This document shows positions 24,470 to 36,424 of a stretch of DNA of 64,000 bases, piece by piece. Numbering within the stretch: the stretch's first letter is position 1; each line of letters opens with the position of its first letter. The stretch is from contig NC_083423.1 in NCBI RefSeq assembly GCF_020745735.1, forward strand, positions 15,748,001-15,812,000. Reading direction: 5' to 3'. Origin of the DNA: Hemiscyllium ocellatum (Eukaryota). The notes below the pieces were generated by a model that did not search any database, was not told where the DNA came from, and was given only the letters and a program-made list of their open reading frames with translations. A program made the position numbers and the translations under genes.

Positions 24470-25220
24470 GGAGTTGTGCACTTTGGGAGATCAAATGTTA
24501 AGGAAAAGTGTACAGTTAATGGCAGGAACCCTGAACAGCATTGATGAACAGAGGGATCTTGGGGTTCAAGTCCATACCTCCCTGAAAGTGGCCATGAATT
24601 GGGTAGGGTGGTAAAGAAGGTATATGGCATGCTTGCTTTTATTGATCGACGAATTGAGTGCAAGAGTCAGGATGTCATATGGCATCTTTATAAGACTTTG
24701 GTTATGCCACGTTTAAAGTATTATGTTCAATTCTGGTTCCCAAATTGTAGGAAGGATGTGGGGGCTTTCGAGAGGTTGCAGAGGAGATTTACCAGGTTTG
24801 GAAAGTATGACCTTCAGGGAGAGGCTAGAAATACCCGGGTTGCTTTCTTTGGAGTGGTGAAGGCTGAGGGGAGACTTGATAGAAGTCTATAAATGTTTGA
24901 GATGCGTTGATAGGGTTGACAGAATCTTTTTCCCAGTGTTGAAATGCCTATAACTAAATGGGGGCGGGGCAAGTTCAAAGGAGATGTGAGGGGCAAATTG
25001 TTTTCAGAGAGTGGTTGGAGTCTGGAATGTGCTGGCAGGGGTGGTGGTGGAGGCCGATACGATCAGGGCATTTAAGACTTAGATAAGCACATGAAAGTGT
25101 AGGAATGAAGGGATATGGACCAAGGGCAGGTAGAAAGGATCAGTTTAATTTGGTGTCCTATTTGGCACAACATCATGCACTGAGGGCTCGTTTCTGTGCT
25201 GTGGTGTTGTATATTCTTTG
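24470..25220 (+). mobile_element. CR1 3' fragment
   Basis: LYKTLVMPRLKYYVQFWFP, ERLQRRFTR; CR1 tail. Confidence 0.85.
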
Positions 25221-25583
25221 TTGATACAATGAAACTTTATGAAGTTCAGCCTTAATATTGAGGCAATCAATCATGATGTGCATCTGCCTGTCTACCCCCA
25301 TGCCCCCAGTTCTAGTGCAGCTAATCTTTATAAGTATTTTCCATCAACCTGCTGATATTATTACAGGAGGAGGTGTGATTTGAATCTGGGCCTCCCATCT
25401 CAGAGGTAGGAACAGTACTACTACTGTGCCATAAGAGCCCCTAATATGATTATTTCGAATTAAAAGCAATGCATTTATTCCCTCAGAGCCTGACTATCTA
25501 TTTGCCAGACATGTTATGATGCAATTCTGGAGAAGGTGAGGCTTGAACCTGGCCTTTTGCCCCCTAAATATGCTGTGAGATTT

Positions 25584-25845
25584 TAGATTAGATTAGATTA
25601 GATTACTTACAGTGTGGAAACAGGCCCTTCGGCCCAGCAAGTCCACACCAACCCGCCGAAGAGTAACCCACCCAGACCCAATCCTCTACATTTGCCCCTT
25701 CACCTAACACTTGAGCATGGCCAATTCACCCAACATGTTACATATTTTTTGGACTATGGGAGGAAACTGGAGCACCCAGAGGAAACCCAGGCAGACACGG
25801 GGAGAATGCGCAAACTCCACACAGACAGCCGCCCGAGGTGGGAAC
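25584..25845 (-). mobile_element. HE1-like SINE, 5' truncated
   Basis: (TAGAT)n tail plus V core. Confidence 0.85.
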
Positions 25846-26724
25846 CAAATTTGTTTTAGGTATTTCTAATCAACATGTTATGACACAGCTCTGGAACAGG
25901 TGGAAATTGAAACCAAGCCTCCTGGCAAAGTGATGGCGATACTACCACTGCATCACAAGTTCCTTCTCTAGTAAATCCATCTTTCATTTGGATTCTCTGC
26001 TCTATCTATCCTGCTAGTGAGACAGAAAGTACGTGGGATTAGTAAGGGCAAAGCCTGGCACGTAATTAAAAGATGTACTTTTTTTAAAAAACAGCTTGCA
26101 TTAGGCTGTTGCTTGCAGAGTCTCTGGGCAGTCTTTCCCTTCATGATCATGTCTTCATTGGATTAGTATGGGGTTAGCTGAACCGCGATTGCTTGCATGT
26201 TGTGATCCAGTTGCTGAGGTATTGGTAATAAGCCCATCTATTATTTCTTTTGCTATCTTTAACAACAGTTGTTTAACAACTTAGCAAGTAGGATATCCAG
26301 AATCAGCCATCCATTAGATGAGTCAACGTTGAGTTAGCTTGTCCGGTAAGGTGCTGCATCACTTGAAATCTTGCTTCCACATGGTTGACCTGATACAATG
26401 AAACTTTTTCAAGTTCAGCATTAGTATGAATGAAGCTGGGAGTCAGTGCTGCTGTTGACATGTAGCTAAGCAGAACAATCTTTACACTGCTGATTGAGTT
26501 GTAGTTGGCAAAATTTGTTGGATTGAAGTCAATGAATTTGAGTAGAACTGTGTTGCCAGATCTCCTTCTGCTGTGTGACCACTTTGTCAAGTCATATGAA
26601 GTTAAATACAGTGCATTTCCAAAGAAATTTTGGGACTTCCAGGGCTTAATCTTTAACATGTCACACACGGGTGCAAAAAATAATCAAGACAGCTCATGGA
26701 ATGCTGCCCTTCATATTCCAGAGC

Positions 26725-27325
26725 ACTGGAGTACAAGGCTCTAGAAGTCATGCTGCAGTTGAACAAAACCCTGGTACGTCTCCACTTGGAGTGAGCAGAT
26801 CTGGGCACCAAACCTTAGGGAGGATTTGTTGGCCTTGGAGGTTAAAATGACAGTCTTACAGGAGTGATACCTGGACATCAGGGGTCAAGCCACAAGGAGG
26901 AATTATCCAAATTTGGCCTGTTTTGTCTAGAATTTAGATGGCTATGGCGTGAATTGATTCAAGTCTTTTTGACAGTAACAAGTAGTAAAGAGGGTTGAAT
27001 AATGTTGACTGTTTCCACTAGTTAGGGATTCTAGAACTAGGGGATTTAGTGTAAAAATTAGGGACAGAACATTCAAGAGAGATGTTATGAAATACTTCTG
27101 CACACAAAGGGTGGTTCATGTTGGGAATTTTCTCCCACAAATGGCAGTAAATCCAGCATCAGTTGTTAATATAAATTGATCTACCTCAAGTTTATTGTTA
27201 AGCAAAGCCGTTATGGGATAAAGTCCAAAGGCAGATGTATGGAGTTTAGCCACACATCAGCTATGATCTAGTTGAATGATGGAACAAGTTCAAGGGGCTA
27301 AATGGCCTACTCTTGTTCCTATGTC
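26725..27325 (+). mobile_element. Old CR1 3' fragment
   Basis: EVMLQLNKTLVRLHLE and a CR1 3'UTR. Confidence 0.75.
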
Positions 27326-27590
27326 ACCCTGTGCTTTTTATTACACTCCTGTAATTAATGTTAGGTATGTCTTGAAAGAAATCTGGCAAGACACAGAACA
27401 GTTCTTCCATCCATTGTCTGAGTAATGCACTGACTGGGGAATTTTTCAAATGTGATTTGTTTAAATATTAGTGTCGGGATTCAATAGGAATTTCCAGTTG
27501 CCATGGTAGCATGCTGGCTGGATTAGGCATGCATAACTGTGTCTCATAATTTAGCATAAAGGTCACCTGCTGCTCGTGCATGATTGCCAG

Positions 27591-27742
27591 GTGGACAAGC
27601 AGAAGGTTGGAAGAACAGAGCAAGCCAGGCAACATCAGGAGATAGAGACTTTCCACCTCCTGATGCTGCCTGGTTTGCTGTGTTCTTCCAGTCTTCTGCT
27701 TGTCTACCTTAGATTGCAGCATCTGCAGTTTTCTTGTCTCTA
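27591..27742. mobile_element. Foldback Penelope-like mini element (related family)
   Basis: ~50-bp inverted arms at 27591-27640 and 27657-27708, followed by the CAGCATCTGCAG end motif. Confidence 0.7.
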
Positions 27743-28949
27743 ACTAGGGCATGTATGCCAGGCTGGGTAAAGGTGACAGGGTTCCTTCCATGAACTAGTT
27801 AGACTTTTGCAACAACTCTCATGTTTGTTTTTCTGAAACTCTCCGAAACATTACCAAATGGTCTTTCAGGCCTTTTCCTGGTGGGATTTGAACTCTTGTT
27901 GCTGGACCATTACTTAGCCACTGAACTATCATATCCTATTTAATTTATACATTAATGGGATATGGGTGTCACTGGCTAGGCAGTTACCAGCAGAGTTACT
28001 CTGCATCTAGTAATCTAATATATAGTTATTTGTTATCTGAAAGTTAAAGATAGAACATATTCGATGTCTACTTCGTCTCCTGCGCCATGTGTGCCAAGTA
28101 AGAAACAGTTGTTAGACTTATGATACCTTACCTTTTCACAGTTTGTACTAAGGGTGCAGACTTCAATTTAAAGAAAATCTGTTTGTCAAACTGACTATTT
28201 TGCAACTTGAAATTATGGAAATCTATTCATGTTCTTGGTATTGTCTAATGCAATTGCGTTAACTGTTCAGAGTTTTTCATTCCACTGTAATGAAGCAAAT
28301 TGAAAATATGAAGAAACTGGATTATTCTCCTTAGACTAGAGATGGCCATGGGAAATTTGACAGAGGAAATTAAAATCTGTCAGGTTTTGAAAATGTCAGC
28401 AAGGAGAAACTATTTATAGTGATGTAAGAGTCACTTTGGTTCTTCAAATCCCTCACCTAACCCTTCAGCACTCTGGCCTGTTGGTAGTCCTACAATTTTG
28501 GATTTGATTGCCACTTAAATCCACTTACTGCTTCTCTTTGTGCCTCAGCTTAACCTATTGACTACTAATTGCTACTTCCCTTTCAGCAGCAACCGTAACT
28601 GCCCCAACTGAATCGCATAGTCCTTCCCATCTAGCATGCCCATGAAGGGCCACAATGTCCTATTTTCTTCCAATTCCATTGTATTAGTGGACTGTTTCAG
28701 TGGATAAACCGTCACCATCGTTCTTGACGTTTCGTGTCTCAATGCTAATTCAGCTCTGAAAAGGATCCATGTCACCTTTGAGTTTATATTAACTGATGAG
28801 AGAACTTTACAGCCTTGATGGAAATCTAACAAAGCAGAAATGGTACCTTGCCATTAAATTGATCCTTCCCACAGAAGTGTACCTTCCACCACTGCTCTGT
28901 TCTGTTGTGCTGTGGATGCTATAACTCAATATGCTTTTTTGCCCACTGT

Positions 28950-29330
28950 GTTGGTTTCGTTATTCACTGTTCTGTACGCTCAGCAACTGACTCTCTTTCA
29001 AATCTTCTGTCATTACTCGTTCTTAAAAAAACTTAATCTGACATCCTTGCATCTCGACTGTTTTTAGTTGCCCTATTCTCTCAAATGCATAAATTTGCTG
29101 TCACCACATAAGTCCATGCTCCTCTTATCTGGAATTAATATTCAAATTTGTCCAATCTGGTTTCTTATATAGCTGCAATAATGAAACTGCTGCTTTAAAG
29201 TCAAAAATGACATCCATGTGATTTTGGTAAACTATTCCACCTCGTGTTTCTCAAATGATCTGCAGCCTTCGGCAGTCTTTATTCGCATTAGACTGCTGTA
29301 ATATTGATTGCCGTCTTCCATTTGGGTGAA
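28950..29330 (+). mobile_element. Ancient L2 RT fragment
   Basis: Degenerate ETA.LKV.NDI and L..SAAF motifs. Confidence 0.5.
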
Positions 29331-29359
29331 TTTGTACCAATCCTGATCAATTCTTATTA

Positions 29360-30600
29360 ATCAACTCACTGAAGGAAGAGGCTCCACAAGTATCGCCATC
29401 CTCAATGATGAAAGAGTCCAGCAGATCAGTGCAAAACAGAAGACTGAAGCTTTTGCAGCAACCTTCAGCCAGGAATGCCGAATGGATGATCCATCTTGGC
29501 CTCTTCCAGTGGGCCCCAGCATTACATGTAACTGTCTTCAGCCAATTTGATTCATTCTACTTGATCTCAAGAAACCGTTAGATGCACTGGATACTGCAAA
29601 AGCTATGGGATCCGACAGCATTCTGGCAATAGTCCTGAAAACTTGTGCTCCAGAACTCGCTGCTGTCCTAGCCAAACTATTCCAGTACAATTACAACACT
29701 GGCATCTACTTCAAAATATGGAAAATTGCCCTTTATATCCTGTACGTTAAAAGCAGGACAACTCTGACCAATTACCACCCGATCGACCAGTGTCAAGTGA
29801 TCGAAGGTGTCATCAGTAGTGCTATCAAGAAGCACCTGCTCAGCCATAACCTACTCAATGATTCACAGTTTATGTTCCACCAGGGCCACTCAGCTCCTGA
29901 CCTCAATACAGCCTTGGTTCAAACATGGACAAAAGAGCTGAGTTCCAGAGGTGAGGTGCGAGTGTCATCCCTTGACATCAAGGATGCATTAGAGTGCGGC
30001 ATCAAGGAGCCCTGGCAAAACTGGAATCCATGGGTATCGGAGGCAAACTCTGTGGTGGTTAGAGTCATACCTGGCACATAGGAAGATGGTCCTGCTTGTT
30101 GCAGGTCAACCATCTCAGCTCCAGGACATCTCTGCAGGAGTTCCTGCAGGTAATGTCCTAGATCCAGCCATCTTCAGGTGCTTCGTCAATGACTTTCCCT
30201 CCATCATAAGGTCAGACGTGGGAATGTTTGCAGATGATTGCATAATACGCAAGCACCATTTGTGACTCATCAGCCACTGAATCCATCTGGGTCTGAATGC
30301 ATCAAGATCTAGACAGTATCCAAGCTTGGGCTGACAAGTGGCAAATAACATTGCACCAAACAAGTGCTCGGCTGTGACCATCACCAATATGAGGTAAGCT
30401 AACCAGCGCCCCTGGACATTCAATGGTGTTACCCCCACTGTCAATGTCCCGGGAGTTATCATTGATCAGAAACTCAACTGGACTCACTGCATAAATGCAG
30501 TGGCTACAAGAGCAGGTCAGAGGCTCTGAATACTGTGGTGAATATTCAGCCTATCTACCATGTACAAGGCACAAGACAGAAGTGTGAAATACTACTCACT
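29360..30600 (+). mobile_element. Second copy of the LINE family at 693-2586 (RT region)
   Basis: VLKTCAPELA, NYHPI, GHSAPDL, LDIK, MFADDC; 3' part homologous to 1760-2120. Confidence 0.85.
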
Positions 30601-31625
30601 TGTGAGAGATAAGTGGATAGGTGGAGTTGGAGCCCAGAGGGCTGAAAGGTTAGCAGACGAGGAGATGGCTGATAGTTGGTCAGGATGTGAAAAGCTGAAT
30701 GCGTTATGAGAATGGGAGAGAATAGGTAAGCTGTGCTGAAGCCAAAAATTGTAATTTGAAATGCAGCTATGAATGGGTGAGCAAAATACTGCAAATGCTG
30801 GAATCTGCACTGAAAACAACAAATATTGGTGATCACCGCGAGCCAGACAGCATCCATGGGAGAAAGCAAATTAAAGTTTCGAGTCTGGATGACTTTTAAT
30901 CACTTCAGCTGGGATGAAGAGTCACCCAGACTTGAAATGTTAGCTTGCTGTCATACAATATTGACTAACAACTATTTCCAACTCCTTTCTCTAACCTATC
31001 TTTTACTTTCCCTTTTACAATACTGGTCTGATAAAACCCCCAATTAAGATTTACCGAAAATTCAAGTTTCAAAACCAGCCAGCTGTCGAATCTTCTCTTA
31101 GAGAAAGATTCAATCTTCTTTTCTTCTTCGGGTTTCTGATTCACAGGTCATTGATAGATAAAGGTACCTTTTAAGAGAGCTATTGTCTGGACAGTCTGCT
31201 TATGTTGGTGGCTTGGCAGTTCTCCCCTAACTTTTCAATTTGTTTAATATTAAAACACCAAAGCATTGGTTCATTTCATTGGTTTTAATATTGTGAAAAT
31301 ACCAAATTCAAACTTGATTCGAGTTTAGTATCTTGGGGCATAATTTAAACTGACCAAATTCGCATTTGTTTTTGCCTCATTGCAATCTAGGTACTGCTAG
31401 CTAGGTCCTTGCTGGCTTTCAACTTTCTTAAAGGCACAGTACCCCTCACACCTTCATAACAGTCCTATTGAATCCTGTGGGAGCAAAGAAGATGCTGTTC
31501 TTTGAGCTTGCACTATGACTCATTAGAACACTGCAGCAAGCCTGTAACAAAAATGTTGGCATAAGAACACAGTGGTATGTTGAAATGGCAGGCAACTGGC
31601 AGCTCACGGTCATTTTTACAGACAA
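30600..31625 (-). mobile_element. Penelope fragments with an intervening LTR-like segment (~30950-31460)
   Basis: GIY-YIG C-terminal PVACHFN...GLLQC...KEQHL at 31470-31620; terminal-repeat pieces at 30780-30945; middle segment ends ...TAACA, family uncertain. Confidence 0.55.
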
Positions 31626-32702
31626 AACGTATAGATATAACTTTTTTTCTTCCCCTAGCCAGCAAAAATAATGTAATTTCAAATAGTTTAGCTTTGTCTT
31701 TTAAGTTTTTCAATGCTAACTATTGCCAGATAATAACTTAGTCATAAGGTTTTTTTAAAATCTGTCATATTTAGCTCTGTGTGAAAAATGTCTCAAAATT
31801 AAATGTTAAGTTGTTAGTTGTCTTTAATTCTCCTGACAGTATGGGTGTTTGTACTTGATGCTGCTCGACAAATCTTGAAACCTTCAGATTAATGGTTTGC
31901 CTTTTGTTGACAGTAGATGAAATGCTTTAAAAAATACAGTAAGCATACATTAATTTGTAGTGGCGAGTGAGCATGAGATTAACTGTCACAACAGATTGCA
32001 GACCAGATCATTCAAGTCTGTTTATTTTACTGAAATAGCTCTTGTGATTTGGAGGCCAGTGTGACTTTGACTTGAGGTCCTTCTGAAAACACTTTTAGAC
32101 AATTAATGTACTACAACAAAATAACACAGGGAAATATTTCACAAATTAAATGTTGATTTCCCTATTCATCTGATGGGCATTTTTAGTGTTGTTTGCAGGA
32201 GGGTAGCAATGGATGTTGTCTCCAATTGTTTCCACATTTCATCATTATGACATAGAATCCTGAACCATGCAATTATCATACTGTTTCTGTTTGTCAGGTC
32301 ATCAACAGATGCCATCTTGTGTGTATGTTTATTGGCTGTAAAATGGAACTGGCACTGTCACTACTGATTCCTCTAACTTTCCACATGGTTCCTTTTGTCA
32401 ACAGAGGTAAATCAGAAGTAAAATCAATTAACTTTTTATTCTGGAGCATGGTTTTAGTTCTCTCAATAATCAAAAGATTGTGGTTATTTCCCACTGATTC
32501 AGTGGTACACACAAAAATGGTTAAAATTTGGTACACTGTTGAGGGGTCCTGCATTGTCCTGCATTAGTTGTTTTAAGCAGACTATGTTGTTAGATAGAGC
32601 TCCGAGACATCAGTATTGGTCAAAGTGATTGTGTGGCATACCTACTCAGAAATCAATTGAAATTTCATCATTTCATTTAATTTGGGACCCTCTCATCTGG
32701 TT

Positions 32703-34500
32703 ATAGAACATAGAACATTACAGCGCAGTACAGGCCCTTCGGCCCTCGATGTTGCGCCGACCTGTCAAACCAATCTGAAGCCCATCTAACCTATACTATT
32801 CCATGTACATCCATATGCTTGTCCAATGACAACTTAAATCTACTACCGTTGCAGGCAAAGCATTCCATACCCTTACTGCTCTCTGAGTAAAGAAACTACC
32901 TCTGACATCTGTCCTATATCTATCAACCCTCAATTTAAAGCTATGTCCCCTTGTGCTCGCCATCACTATTCTTGGAAAAAGGCTCTCTCTGTCCACCCTA
33001 TCTAACTTTCTGATTATCTTCTGTCTCTATTAAGTCACCTCTCAACCTTCTTCTCTCTAAGAACAGCTTCAAGTCCCTCAGCTTTTCCTCGTAAGACCTT
33101 CCCTCCATCCCAGCAACATCCTAGTAAATCTCCTCTGCATCCTTTCCAAAGCTTCCACGTCCTCCTTATAATGCGGTGACCAGAACTGTACACAATACCC
33201 CCAAGTGCGGCCGCACCAGAGTTTTGTACAGCTGTAGCATAACGTCATGGTTCCGGAACTCGATCCCTCTGTTAAGAAAAGCTAAAACACTGTATGCTTT
33301 CTTGCCACCCAGGTTAACAGGGTTGTTAACTTTCAAGTACCTGGACACTGAGATCTCTCTGCTCATCTACACTACCAAGAATCTTACCATTAACCCAGTA
33401 GTTTGCATTCCAGTTCCTCCGACCAAAGTGAATCCCCTCACACTTGTCCGCACTAAACTCCATTTGCCACCTCTCAGCCCAGCTCTGCAGGTTACCTATG
33501 TCTCTCTGTAACCTGCAACTTCCTTCATCACTATCCACAACTCCACCGAACTCCGTGCCGTCTGCAAATTTACTAACCCACCCTTCTACACCCTCATCCA
33601 GGTCATTAATAAAAATGACGAACAGCAGTGGACCCTACACCGACCCTTGCAGTACACCACTGGTAACTGGACTCCAGGATGAACATTTCCCATCAACCAC
33701 CACCCTCTGTCTTCTTTCAGCAAGCCAATTACTGATCCAAACTGCTGTATCTCCCACAATCCCATTCCTCCGCATTTTATACAATAGCCTACTGTGGGGA
33801 ACCTTATCGAATACCTTGCTGAAATCCATATACACCACATCAACTGGTTTACTCTCATTTACCTGTTTGATCACCTTCTCAAAGAACTCAATATGGTTTG
33901 TGAGGCACGATCTACCCTTCATAAAACGATGCTGACTATCCCTAATCAAATTATTATTTTCTAGATGATTATAAATCCTATCTCTTATAACCTTTTCCAA
34001 CACTTTACCAACAACTGAAGTATGGCTCGATGGTCTATAATTACCAGGATTGTCTCTACTCTCCTTCTTGAACAAGGGAACCACATTTGCTATCCTCTAG
34101 CCTTCTGACACTATTCCTGTAGATAATGATGATTTAAAGATCAATGCCGAAAGCAATCTTCTTCCTGGCTTCCCAGAGGATTCTAGGATAAATCACATCC
34201 AGCCCAGGGGACTTATCTATTTTCCTACTCTGCAGGATTTCTAATACCTCTTCCTTGTGAACCTCAATCACACCTAGTCTAGTAGCCTGTATCTCAGTAT
34301 TCTCAGCAACATTGTTGTTTTCTAGACTGAATACTGCTGAAAAATATTCACTTAGTGCTTCCCCTATCTCCTCTGACTCCACACACAACTTCTCACTTGA
34401 TTGGCCCTAATCTTCAGTCTTAGAGTAAATCCTAATCCTATCCGCCAACAACTTCTCATGTCTCCTCCTGGCTCTTCTGAGCTCTCTCTTTAGGTCTTAT
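32703..34500 (-). mobile_element. CR1 LINE, 5' truncated
   Basis: DKSPGLD, PGNYRP, DFSKVFDKVPH, SGVLQGSV, WQMEF; (TTCTATG)n tail. Confidence 0.93.
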
Positions 34501-36424
34501 GATTGTAATTTACCTCACTAGTATGTATTGGATTTGCATCCAAGTCCAAAAAATTAAGAACACAATGTTCTGCTTACCCATTTTTCCGACTGCAGAATAT
34601 TAATTGTGCACATCGATTTAAAATATCAATGAGTGTGCCTGTGTAATTTAAATGCACAGCAAAACAGTCTTTAGACACTCTTGCTGGGAATCCATTTTTC
34701 TGTACCATTGAGCTTTTTAACTCTGCAGGCAAACTTCCTTATGCATATCCTATTGAGACTCCTGTTTGTTCCACTCTTTCATACTTCCTGATGGTGATTC
34801 AGTTTTTAATATGATCTGTTAGGATTGTGGTGAAATATAGCATGTCATTTCTGAGATCCAAAGAAGTTCTTGTTTACGGTTAAATCTACGGCTAGCAAAA
34901 TCTTTTTGTGATTATTTATTCCAATTTTAAATGACAGTTGACCATTCAAATATCTTTTTAAAGTTGTGCCTCAAAAATTATAAAAAGTGCCTTTGGTTTA
35001 TTTCATACACAGTTTACACATTATTTTGAGCCATAACATAGACCTGCAATATGGAGATAGTATTAATACAGTGATAGAACAAAATTGTGGCATGATTCAT
35101 GGAGGTGAAGCGTGCATCTCCAGTGTTCCTGAGAGGAACAAAGAAACCACTTCACCTAAAATTATATTCAGGTTTACTTTTGTTACAGTGTCAGAGGACA
35201 GTGAATTTGTGAAATTCTTTACTTCAATGGGCTTTTGAGATTAGGTCAAGTGTATTGAAGGCTGAGATAGATCGATTTTTAATCAATAAAGGCATCAGGG
35301 TTTACTGAGAAAAGTCACTCAATGAAAACAAGAAAAAAAGTCTTGTGGATATTGCAAATCTGACATAAAAAAGGAGTGCTGAAAATACACAGCAACTCAG
35401 ACAAAATCTGTGTTTTCAGATTAATAAACTATCATCACAATTTGAATTGAAGTAGTTAAAGCAAGTGTTAGAAAATGTGGAGAAAGAACTCAAAGGTAAG
35501 GTTTGTCACAGGGTTGAAATCCTGAAAAATACATAACAAAGCATTGGTAGTGTTGTAATGGGATAAGTCAAGAACCAAGTGTTGTGTTTTGAAGAAATAT
35601 AAATGGCAGGCGAAAAGAAATTCTTGCTTCATGCCAATTAAAAATATGCATTTTAGAATCTATTCTTATGATTTAAAGTTGGTTTTCATTGTTTTTAATG
35701 GCTCTAATAGCTGCTCATGAAGATTTGTATGTGTGCCCTCTCGGCATTAATGGAGAATTCTTGAAAATTAATGGATATGCATTTGGATTACTGGGGCACC
35801 TATGACTGGTCGTGTCCACTGGTCATGGATCTAGCTTCCATTATATTAAGAAATGTCAGGTATTAAGGTTACTCAGAGCAATTGATAGCACAGTAAGTTG
35901 CTTTTGATCAGAAAAGCAAGTTGTAAAGGCACATTGATAAGTTAATTGCAAACCTGTTGCAGGAAGAGTTTAAGATAAACAAATGCCAAACGATGATATT
36001 TCTAAAACAAACGGGCAGCATACAACAAAGAACATTGTGTGGTACTTGTCAACTCTATTGCTGGTCATGTATTGACAATATTGAGAGAATAATGTTAAAT
36101 GGCCATTGTTCTACCAGACCATAGGGTGTTCTCTTATTGAAATGATTGGTGATGGTTTAACCCAAGGGTCATCACACTTCAGGCAAGGGCAGAGTTGGAG
36201 AAGGCAAGTCCTTCATGGTGAGTTCAGTCAGTGTGGGAATTGAACCCGCACTGTTGTCACTGCTTTATAAAGTAGCCATTCAGCCAACTGAGCTAACCAA
36301 CTTGAATCTTTTGTAATAATTTGTTCTAATGTTAACTTAAATGAAAAAAGAAATTTAAAATACCTAATAAACAACAGTGCAGTACATTGTTGTAATCCCA
36401 GATGGAGGATGGGGAAAAATTGTG

